Of a stretch of DNA of 64,000 nucleotides, positions 53,601 to 64,000 are shown one piece after another. The notes beneath the pieces were generated by a model, which had not been told where the DNA came from, made no database searches, and saw only the letters and a list, made by a program, of their open reading frames with translations. Each line of letters begins with the position of its first letter. Position 1 is the first letter of the stretch. The position numbers and the translations under genes are program-made. Source of the stretch: Cenococcum geophilum (Eukaryota); the NCBI GenBank assembly GCA_050273025.1, contig CP158635.1, positions 20,460,001-20,524,000 of the forward strand. Reading direction: 5' to 3'.

Positions 53601-55628
53601 AAGTATTTATAAAATATAGAGCACTAAGCAAGATTATATCGGATAGAGATTTAAGATTTATAGCAGTATTTTAAGAAGTATTCTTAGCGAAGCAAGGAGT
53701 TTAAGCAGTAACTTCTATTATATATTATCTATAGACAGATAGTTAAACGGAAAGGTTAAATTAGACACTAGAATAGTATCTAAGGTATTATGTTAATTAT
53801 ATATAGAACAATTAGGTATTGCTATTACTAGTTATACAGTTTACATATAATATAACACCTTAAGAAGGAATAGGTATATTACTATTTAAGGCAAATTATG
53901 GATATAAGCTAAGAATATTATTATTACTATAGTAAGTAAAGAAAATAAGTAGTACAGCTAAAGAGAGAATAAAGATATTAATAAATCTTTATATAGACCT
54001 TATAGAATTAGTAAAGAAAGTACAAGAGAGAATAAAAAAGTACTATAATGCTAAGAGATCTAAGGGACCAGATCTTAAGGAGGGAGATAAAGTATGGCTA
54101 CTATATAAAAATTTTAAGAGTTAATAACTAAGTAAGAAATTGGACTATATTAGACTAGGACCTTTTAAAATTATATAAAGGATTTCATTGGTTACGTTTA
54201 AGTTAAACCTACTAGCTAAAATAAAGATCTACCCTATATAGTATATCGCAATACTAGAGCCAGTATATAGGAATGTTAAGCCACCGGTTTATAAAGTAGA
54301 TATATATAGAGGATAAGAAGAAGATAAATAGCAAGTTTTAAAGATTATTAATTATAAGGACATTAATGATAAAATATAGTATAAGGTTAAGTAGATAGGC
54401 TATATTAAGACTACCTAGGAGCTACTAGAGAATTTAAAGAATGCTATAGGAAAGGTACAGGAGTATTGGAAGAGATTAGGTTAGATAGTATTAATAAAAA
54501 AGAATCGCTAAAGAACGAGTTATCTAAGGGGGACCTAAGAAGAGCAGTTACCGAACTACTTAGATCTATTTCCTTCTCTGTTAGAAGAGAATCCGTTCTT
54601 TTATTACCTAGTTCCTATAGACCTTATTTTATAAGTTTTTACTCCTTAAAATAGACCTTCTTATAAACCTTCTTAAGATAAAGCAGATAAGTAGATGCCA
54701 TAATTTAAGTATCTAGGGCCTTCTGTTCTGCGTTATGGGAATGTTTTAACTTAATAAGGGCTTGCGATAGTTTACTATCTAGCTGCGCAGTAGTAGATTA
54801 AATACGAAACCCTAAGATAAATTAATTAGGGAACTAGACGACTATTAAGAGTAATAGGTCGCGTATATTTAGCATTAGAAGTAGAGTGAACGTTATAGGA
54901 CGAACAAATATTTGCTTTAGTACACTCTAAGTAAGAGGACGGTTATTGCGAAGATGGGTTCGCTAACGTAATATAAACTAACCCCTCTTTTAAATAATGA
55001 GAATATGGAGACAGTATAATCTTACTAAGAGATAATATTGCAGCAATAGTGCGAGCACAACGTTGGGCGTGTAAAGAAGAAATTGCTTTAGGCATAATGA
55101 GCAATAATATTAACTAAATTAATTAGATAGATATTACACCTCTAGTAAACGACTTAGAGATATTTTAAATCTTTAAGGATAAAGATAAAGAGGAGGGAGA
55201 TGGTATTATGGACGCTTTAAGTATAATATTACGACTATTTAGAGAAGAGACGGAAGAAGCTAGTTGGTTAATTTAGGCACGGTTTAGAATGGAGCCGATA
55301 GAACTATGTAATAAGAAATGGTAACTAAGGTTATATAATATGCTACGTATTAAATAAAAGAAATAAGAGGAACTTACGTACCTTATATATAAGACGTATA
55401 TTATATATAAGAAGGATTTTATAGGAGTACGGTTGTGTATTTAAGGACCCTTAATCCCTACCTAGATAGTTCCTTCTTAGTAGTAATTCTTAGAATATAA
55501 TTGGAGTTAATCTGTTGGGCAACCACTCCACCAGTTATTATTACGTTGTTGACTTTTGTACTTGCATTTCCTACACACCTAGCCCAATAACGAGCCCATT
55601 GTAGTTCTTGCTATAAGGTTCCGTTACA
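47678..55628 (+). mobile_element. Full-length Ty3/Gypsy chromovirus copy D (family 1), RIP-inactivated
   Basis: LTRs 47678-48102 and 55204-55628 (425 bp); TSD TAATT (47673-47677, 55629-55633); gag ATG 48147; protease, RT, RNase H, integrase and chromodomain colinear with copy C. Confidence 0.95.
54411..55095 (-). pseudogene. Antisense spliced accessory ORF of Gypsy D (Zn2Cys6-like plus coiled coil, ~209 aa), RIP-inactivated
   Basis: Intact ATG at 55095; exon 1 55095-54867, 55-bp intron 54866-54812, exon 2 to ~54411 (true stop uncertain). Confidence 0.72.
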
Positions 55629-58274
55629 TAATTATAGGTAGTAGATTAACTCCGTTACTACTTATCGTTTCTATTATAATAACTAGCTCGCGATTTGTAT
55701 CTGTAGAGATATAAGCTTTTTAATAAGGCTCCCTTATAATAATCTACTAGTTCTTACTAATACCAACGCGGAATCCTAACTTATTAAAGTTATATATATC
55801 TATGGGCATAATTGCATACTTAATTATAATGTCGCGGTATTAATAAAACTACGCCTTAATATCCTTTAGCTCGTGTACCGCTGTGCGCTTAAGCTCCATT
55901 ATCTTCTACCTACGCTTATAATACTCTAGGTGGCGGCTAAGCCAGCGTTTAACAAAGTAAGAGCTAATAGGAGGTGGTGGCTAATCCGGATTTTTGTTAG
56001 CTTAATTTAAGATCTAATTTACTGCAGAACGTATTATTAGTAGTTAAGCGGCGGTATATAAGGAATCTAAGTAATTAATATAGCTACAAAGAGCAAGGTC
56101 TTAATCGTTAGTAAGCCTTCTACCTACTATAGGCCTCTCGCAACGCGATTAACGTCCTTTCCACCGAGCGCGGAGGCATGATTTAGGAACATCGTGTCGG
56201 CGCGCAGCCTCTGCAACATTGGGCTTAGTAGACTCTTGGAGTTCTTTAAGAGCCTCCTAGATCTTATTTTCGACGCGAATATACTCAGTAGTCATGGCGT
56301 TAATAATATATAATAAGAATATTGATAGTATTTGGGTGTCTTGGCAAATCTGACGTTGAGGTGGGCTCTACTCGTTGAGCTGGCCGGCACTTACCTCGGT
56401 AACGAGGTAAGTGGGTCGCGACAGCGGCACGGGTACTCTGCGAGGCGCCGCATGAACTTATTTGGGTGCTGCTGCCTTTGCTTGATGTCTACGAACTGCC
56501 TGTGAGTATGCCCGCACTCGCGCCCGCGCCTGCACCCGCACCCGCGCCCGCGCCCGCGACCATACCCACGCGTAGTATACCCGGTATTCTGTTCGAATGC
56601 TGATGGCTCGTGACGAGTCGATGTATTAACGCAAACAGAGCCAGCCGGGCGGCCGCGGAGGCGCTTAACAGTTAGAGGCTGGGGTGGGAATAGGTAAGGT
56701 AAATTTGATTTTCGCGATGCAGATGCAAACAACTTAAATTCACGTGATATTCTAACTTAATTAGGGAGGACCTAAACTCAATCAGTGGGGGGTGTCCGCG
56801 CATCAATTGGGGGGTGTCTGTGTATCAATTAAGGGGTGTCCCGCTACCGCTGTCCCTCGATTATCTGATACCGATTAAGGTATGGATTCAATCTTCATAT
56901 TTTTTCAAGGATAATGTTTCCTAATCACAGTTCCTTGATCGATAACTTGCTAAATGAGTCGGATTTTGTTCTCCTTTAGTGGCTCATGCCAGCTCTGCGA
57001 AGTCAGCCAGGGTTCTTTCTGAGTCATAGGGAAAGTTGTAAGCTAGATTGAGATAGCTGGACTTGGTGTTGAGAGATTGGTTGAACAGCTTTGTTTCCAG
57101 GGGCGCCCCCTGGGCACCCAGCCGATCCATAAGCCCGTAGCGGCCGCTAAACCCATGGGGCCTTGATTACGAAATATTCGGGATAACTACAAATGACTTT
57201 TTCCAAGATCAGAGCATTGCTCCAGGAAGTAGGTAGAACGGCAAGTTCAAAGACGTGAGTCAAAATCCCACGCGCGCTCGACCGCAAGTTCTGCGCTTCT
57301 ACACGCACAGTAACACCATAAACGTCGGCTTCCGTCTTACAGCAATCCTTGGCACCCCGGTTCAAAACGTACAAGGGGGTACCACGAACAGGGCAGATGC
57401 CTCCCTGCCAGTATGTTTCAAAATAAGCGAGCCCTTGCAAAATGGTTGGGCTGTATTATTCTGCTAGCATACTAGCAGGGAGGGCGTCTGCCCGTACGTG
57501 TTACCCCCCTGTATTTGTCAACCCTTGTCCGGCGCTGCTCATGACGATATCGTTGCTGCACCCCACACGCCACTAAAATCAAGAGACCAATTCCACAGAC
57601 GGCTAACCCCGGAGGCACAAGCGGCAAGCAGTATCGGGCAATGATTCGATAATCTTCTCCCCAAGTGGTCTGCCTGCCCTTGCATAGCTCGACCATATGA
57701 AGCTCTCTTTTCTCTGTCCACGATCTCCCGAAGCCAGGTGCGAGCGGTAATTGCATCCGTGCTCGTTGTGCAAGTCTTCAACGTCATCTGAGATGGGCAG
57801 ATGCGAGGCACTTTCAGTGTGTTCGGAATCCAGTAGGTGGAGTTTCCTACAGATCTACCCTATGTAGGCAAAGCTTCTGGGGACACGCCTTCGCACCACA
57901 GACGACCATTGTATGCGTTGATACCCAGCTCCACTGATATCTCAGCTGAAATATTTCTAATCCATGCTTGGCATACTAAAAGAGGCTGCGCGAGCACGTC
58001 AGACGCTCCCCTGCCGGCGTGTTTGCGGGGTAGCGCTTTATCAAAGGCCTCGCCTATTTTGAAAACTATACTAGCAGGGAGGGTGACTGCTCCGTTCGCA
58101 GTAACCCAAGCCCCCCTTGTGGACGAATGCTTATCAGCATCTTCCGAACGGCCCTTCGGCATATACACTGTGTTAATCACGGCTCGTCTAATTTACTTTC
58201 CATAAATACTCCGTCGGCTTCGTGCAATCTGCGTCGTCAAGCACGCAATACTTCTATATCCACATTCTTTCACA

Positions 58275-61237
58275 ATGGCCATTGAAACACCTCTACCTGG
58301 GGTTGGCCAGAAGACTGCCAACAAAAACAAGCTCACTGCTTCAATCTCAGGAATCAATATTCTTGACATTCGACACGCCCCCGGCAAGTTCGACACCCTC
58401 GTCGTCATTCGAGAAGGGCTTCGACCTGAGCATGGAGGGGAGAAAACTTTACCAACTCTTTTACTATATGACCAAATTGGATTGAAGCTCTTTGAAAAAA
58501 TCACATTCTTAGAGGAGTACTATCTCACAAATGCGGAGATCGAGGTTTTAGAGACTTACGCGGGTCGAATTGCTCAACGTATTCAGCCCGGGTCCATCAT
58601 CATCGAGCTTGGAAGCGGGTAGGAGCCTGCCTTCCGGATATTGACAGGACTGATAGTGGTGGAAGTCCACGGTACTAATACTCGCATAGCAATCTCCGAA
58701 AAGTCAGCATTCTCCTGCAAGCCGTTGAACGTCTTGAAAGAAATGTTGAATATTATGCTCTCGACCTCGATCTTGATGAGTTGAAGAGAACTCTTTCTGC
58801 CATTCCAACCGGCGGCTATCAGCACGTAAAGTGCTTCGGTCTATATGGCACTTACGATGATGGTTTGAATTGGCTTGCATCTCCTGAAATCAGCAACAAG
58901 CCTAAGACCGTTCTCTGGCTTGGCTCAAGCATCGGCAACTTCAAAAGACATGAAGCAAAGGCTTTTCTAGGCCGATTCGGCGATGCACTTCAGCTTGGAG
59001 ACGCAATGTTAATTGGTATTGATGCTTGCAAAAATCCAGATAGAGTTTTCCATGCCTACAACGATAAGAAAAATTTCACCCATGAGTTTATCCTGAATGG
59101 CCTCTCTCATGCCAACCGAATTTTGGGCCAGACAAACGCTTTCAAGCCAGGTGAATGGGAGGTGATTGGGCAGTTTAATGAAGAGGCTGGGTGTCATCAG
59201 GCTTTCGTCTCTCCTTTACTTGATGTTGTAGTTGATGATATATCCATTCCTCGAGGAGAGAAAATCCGTATCGAAGAGAGCTACAAATATTCTGCTTCCG
59301 AGACGGAGCAGCTATGGGAGAGCACTGGTCTCGTTGAAGGTTCCAGGTGGACTAACAAGAAAGGAGACTATGGTAAACTCTCTTTTTTTCTTCTCCTGGT
59401 TTTTTTTTCCTTCTCCTCTTCGTCTTTCCCGCCCTTTAAACCGAAATATCAGTTTATATCTCGGGTCATTTCTTTCCGATGTCAGCTTTACTCCGGTACT
59501 AAATTGGACATTCGATAACACCTTTTCTAGGACTACATCTGGTGTCCAAACCACGGGTGTATTTTCCTCTTTATCCCGAGGCATATGCGAATAGGCCTGT
59601 TCCCACTATGTCTGATTGGGATGGACTTTGGGTTGCGTGGGACGCTGTGACGCGGGACATGATTCCAAAAGAAGAGCTTCTTTCTAAGCCAATTAAGCTT
59701 CGCAATGTCTGCATATTCTATTTAGGTCATATCCCTACCTTTCTGGATATCCACATTACCCATGGAACACACGGTAAACCCACGAATCCAAGTTATTATC
59801 GCCAGATCTTCGAGCGTGGTATCGACCCAGATGTGGATAATCCAGAATTGTGCCATTCACATAGTGATATCCCAGACAGCTGGCCTCCGATAGAGGATAT
59901 TCTGAAGTTTCAGCATGCAGTCCGCGAGCGAGTCAGAAAGTTGTACGAATCTGGAATTTCACAAACAAATCGTCGTGTTGGACGAGCGCTTTGGATTGGT
60001 TATGAACATGAAATTATGCACTTGGAAACACTTCTTTACATGCTCGTACAAAGTGAGAAAATTTCGTCTCCACCCGGCACTGCCGTTCCAGATTTTGAGG
60101 CTCTGGCCCACCAGTCCTCTATGAATGCTGTTCCAAATGACTGGTTCATTATCCCAGAGACAGATGTTATACTCGGCCTCGATGATCCTGAGACGGACTC
60201 TGGCCCTGACCGCTACTTTGGATGGGATAATGAAAAGCCGAAACGCAGCGCTCATGTCCGTTCATTTTCCGCAAAGGCCAGGCCTATCACAAACAGAGAA
60301 TACGCAAACTACTTGACGCAGACTGAGTCCAAGGCTCTTCCAGCCTCTTGGTGTGATACTCCTTATACTGTGGGTTGCCGAGATGGCAACAAAAACGTAC
60401 CTCCCGTTAATGGCAGCAACGGACATACCGACGGCATCGTTCAAAACAGATACGTAAGGACGGTGTTCGGAGCTGTCCCTCTAGAATATGCTTTTGAATG
60501 GCCTGTGACAGCTTCCTATGACGAGCTTATTGGCTGCGCAACATGGATGGGGGGACGCATTCCGACCATGGAGGAAGTCCGGAGTATCTACTCCTACGTG
60601 GATCGGATGAAGTTGAAAGAAGTGGAACAAGCCCTTGGAAGGACTATACCAGCTGTGAATAGGTAGAGTTCGTTATAATCCCCCATTCTATCCATCTTCT
60701 AATATTTGCAGTCACTTGGTCAATAATGGTGTGGAAGAGTCGCCGCCATTGCAGTACTCAACAAACTTCTCCAACACAGTATCCAGTCCTAAGCTGCGTG
60801 ATATCTTCATCAATCTGGAAGGAACGAATGTTGGCTTCAAACACTGGCACCCAGTTCCTGTCACTCAGAACGGTGGTAGACTATCCGGTCAGGGGGATAT
60901 GGGAGGAGTGTGGGAATGGACTAGCACTGTATTGGAAAACTACGAGGGATTTAAGGCCATGGATTTGTATCCAGGCTACACAGGTATCTTTCAGGTACTT
61001 TTCTTGGAGTACCCCTAAACTGATTCGCTGTAGCTGATTTCTTTGATGGAAAACACAACATCGCACTTGGCGGGTCATGGGCTACCCATCCGAGAATCGC
61101 AGGCCGTAGGACTTTGTGAGTAAACTCGCTTGATCTTCGCGGCTAGGTCACTTATGGTACCTAAAACTAGTGTCAACTGGTATCAACGCAACTATCCCTA
61201 TGTTTGGGCTGGTGCTCGCCTGGTTCGCGACATCTAA
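58275..61237 (+). CDS. EGT1: Ergothioneine biosynthesis protein 1 (EgtD-like His methyltransferase fused to EgtB-like sulfoxide synthase); exons 58275-58618, 58690-59372, 59531-60662, 60712-60983, 61034-61115, 61171-61237 (859 aa)
   Basis: LPTLLLYD..GLKLFEKIT..EYYLT, IELGSGNLRKV, WLGSSIGNF, FYLGHIPTF, FERGIDPDVDNP, EHEIMHLETLLYM, FGWDNE, GGVWEWT, NWYQRNYPY; GT-AG introns give a continuous 2580-nt frame. Confidence 0.95.
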
Positions 61238-62139
61238 TCTCATTTTCATCTATTTTGAGAGCAAATTTTTGTCTTCGGCTGCTGCCTAACACAAATGCAG
61301 CTTACTAGCTGATTCTCTCATTTAAACCGGTAGTATGTCTCAGAATGAACCAAAGATGGAATAAATACCTTCATTGCGATCGTACGGTGTTTTTATTGGC
61401 CTTCTGTATAGCTACTAAATTTCTTGGCTCACTTTTATTAGCCAATCTTGTGAATTTCATGGCATTAATTCACTATTGCTGAAACATCACCTAGTCAACA
61501 AAAGTTGGCCACCCAAACAAACCATCCTCTCTAATGCCATGTCCAATTACCTTACGATCACTTCCGTTGTATATTCCTACCCTAATTCTTGGGAACTTTA
61601 CAAAGCTGCTTTCACCCTTGCTCGATAGTTCCATGAAACTCTATATTATTTCCCGTATCTTCCACCCAATGTTATCAGGCCCATTGCATCCTTAAAATAC
61701 CCCCAAGGATGTTCTTTTCAAGTGGGAGGGACCAGACTTTAATAAGTATCTGACTTTCCACCAATCGAGCTCCAATTTAGTAGTAAGGCGGCAAACTATA
61801 CTGCTCACGGAACGGCATGCCTCTGGTATGCCTTAAGCCGGATGTCGCATCATGAACAGTAAAAAAAAGGAGTAACAACGGAAGGCTCACCCTGGAGCTC
61901 CAATTTCCCATGATTTTACAGTCTGTCCTGCACACCAGTATATTGCGAACTAACGATTTGTATATAGAACACCACTATGGCGTGTGTAATAGACCGCTAG
62001 CCCGCCCAAAGGCGAAACTGCGAGCTGTGGTCATCATGCAGAGCCATATCGAAGATTTCATCAGCTGCTCTTTATAATTTGTAAGTTTTTACTTGGTTCT
62101 TTCTAATCCCAATCCTGCCTTCCTCTTAGTGATCTTTTT

Positions 62140-63109
62140 GGACTAGAGTAGAGTAGATCTAAGCTCAAATCCAGTCTATCTAGCTAGTAAACTGTTTAGC
62201 TCTAAGAGCTCCTTAAAGCTCTAGTACATTTATATACTAAAAATAAAAGGGCTTAGCATTGGTATAGTATTATAAAAGGAAGAGCAGATATAGGATACCT
62301 TACTAAAAGCTACCTATATTACTCTTCACTAATAACCTTAGTCTTATAGTTAATCTTAATAGCTATATATTATCCCTTCGGCTTCTCTTCCTTTTTATTA
62401 ATTATATTGTCTTCTACCTAAGTAGAGGCCCCTATAGTACCCATAGTAGTAAGCTAGGCTTTACCGCTTCCTTAATAGATACCCTTTTATAAAACTTTCT
62501 TATTAACTTATCTACTTCCTTATTATTAAATATACCTTTTAGCGGTAGCTTATAAAGAACTTTATTTATCTTAATTATATTTATATAAGGGATATTATTG
62601 CGGTCACCTTAGGTTGCCCTTAGGATAACCCCCAGATACCCCTTAAATAGCCATTAGTTATATATTAAAGATATATACCTATAATATATAGTTTTAATAA
62701 TCCTAAAGGCCTTACCTCCTTAAGAATTCGTCTCCTCTATAATCTATTCTATTTCTATAATTGTGCTTTATAACCCCTATCTATAAAGTCCCCTTACAAT
62801 TTATTTATAATTAAAAGTGCTAATTATTAAAAAGTTATTAATAATTATTACTTATAAAAGGTATAGCTAATATATTAAGTGTAAATTAAATAAAAGCTAG
62901 CTAGTTCTTATAGTAGTCCTATTAGTATTATAAAATATTAAAGTATGAGTTCTTAGTAAGAAATATATAGTTAATAGTAAGATATTCTTAAAAGTAATTA
63001 ATTCGCAGTAAGCTATTATATTTAAAGTAAGTTATCTTAAAGCGCTTATAATTAATTATATATTATAAGGTAAGGATATAAATAGGGAATCTAATTAATA
63101 GAATAATAG
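62140..63109 (-). pseudogene. RIP-mutated, apparently spliced coding remnant of unknown identity, into which Gypsy E inserted
   Basis: Minus-strand frame with only RIP-type stops (...GSGKAWLTTMGTIGASTWVED...KPKGQYIAIKINYKTKVISEEQYRQLL), then a GTAAG..GCTAAG..TAG intron-like segment; ~45 bp shared with 41674-41720. Confidence 0.35.
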
Positions 63110-64000
63110 TGTTACGGACCTTATATCGGCAGTAGTACAACTACTAAGGAAAGACATATATGGGTTAGTTAAGATAGTACGGGAGGCATTGGAACCGATT
63201 AAGCTATAGAATAGGGGGTAACCAAGTTATATAACTAGTTATGTTATAAGTTTAAAACGTAGGAATATAGGAATATAGAAACGCGATATACTAATGTACT
63301 AATATACTAACGTACTAAACCCTTTACTATAGGGAGGAGTTATATATTTAAGGACACACGGTCTCTATAGATAGTTTCTCTTCTTTATAGTAAATCTTAG
63401 AATATAATTAGAGTTAATCTATTAGGTAACTACTCCACTAGTTATATTTACGTTGTCGGCTATTTTATACCTATATACCTAGCCCATTAACAAGTCTACC
63501 GTAGTATTTCCTATAAGGCTTCGTTACACATTTACTACTAAGGTTATAGTAAAAGAAGCTAAATAACATGCCACTAAAAGCAATAGCCATAACGCCGTTA
63601 ACGGTAGTAACTATATTAAGATTAGGTAACAATACTAGTATAGTAGACACTAACTCTTAGCTAATTACTATTAGACAGCTATAGGAAATAGTTAATTAAT
63701 TAATAGACAATAATAGGATACTTAAAAAAAGAATTAATGGAATTAGAACAGTTAAGGTTAAGTTACCCTTAATTAAGCAATTTTTAGGGGAGAAGTTAAA
63801 GCTTAAAGGATTCCTTATATAAATGCACTTTAAGGTTATATAAGAAGGAGTAAAACTAGGGACGCCTATAGATTAAGTCGTTTATATAGGACTATTCTTA
63901 ACAGGAAGAGTACTTAAGTGGTTTAAATCTTACCTTACGGAGGTATAGGAATACGGCATAACAACTATTAACTAGGAGGTATAATATATATTCTTAAGTT
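63110..64000 (+). mobile_element. Ty3/Gypsy copy E (family 1, same LTR subtype as copy A): 5' LTR 63110-63528 and gag start; continues beyond the window
   Basis: TGTTACGGACC...TCGTTACA LTR; gag ATG ~63568 homologous to copies C and D. Confidence 0.9.

Larger units (their letters stand above)
46562..56433 (-). mobile_element. pogo/Fot1-like (Tc1-mariner) DNA transposon, ~1.9 kb without the nested Gypsy D
   Basis: ~60-bp TIRs CCCGTGCCGCTGTCGCGA.CCACTTACCTCGTTACCGAGGTAAGTGCCGGCCAGCTCAA; TA TSD (46560-46561, 56434-56435). Transposase ATG 56295: MTTEYIRVENKIQEALKELQESTKPNVAEAARRHDVPKS.LRARWKGR; DDE region LPPH.SHLLQPLDV ~47420. Confidence 0.92.
46359..56855 (+). mobile_element. Non-autonomous MULE derivative hosting a pogo element that itself hosts Gypsy D
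   Basis: ~140-bp TIRs GGACAGCGGTAGCGGGACACCCC... / ...GGGGTGTCCCGCTACCGCTGTCC; interior homologous to 27233-27838; TSD imperfect (TAAGATTA vs CTCGATTA). Confidence 0.85.

Noticed and set aside
56557..56569. cgaccatacccac resembles the 5' end of fungal 5S rRNA
   Set aside because: It is the reverse complement of the MULE-derived Arg-Gly repeat, and the similarity does not extend.
56391..56732. 113-aa ORF with an RGRGRG repeat (also 27514-27708)
   Set aside because: Fragment of the MULE transposase C-terminus inside non-autonomous elements, without a proper start; not an independent gene.

Overview
Filamentous-ascomycete (Pezizomycotina-like) genomic DNA. About 75-80% of the window is AT-rich, RIP-mutated, deeply nested transposons (CpA/TpG converted to TpA, many TAA/TAG stops). 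These include five Ty3/Gypsy LTR elements from two families, two Tad1-like LINEs, an autonomous MULE and two non-autonomous derivatives, two pogo/Fot1 elements, foldback MITEs, a solo LTR and a piggyBac-like element. Three intact, intron-containing host genes sit in GC-balanced islands: a Nup49/Nup58-type FG nucleoporin (-), CHO2 (+, with a GC-AG intron) and EGT1 (+). Many element ends and target-site duplications resolve to the base. Most notable observations: (i) the dominant Gypsy family carries an antisense, spliced accessory gene reading as Zn(II)2Cys6-like plus coiled coil, and its two copies differ by exactly one heptad; (ii) the same family has a ~1000-codon gag with three extra Cys/His motifs and a co-varying self-priming helix; (iii) a piggyBac-like transposon has TAT|CCC...GGG|ATA ends instead of TTAA and a second convergent spliced gene. 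All TE protein readings are manual de-RIP reconstructions, not database results.
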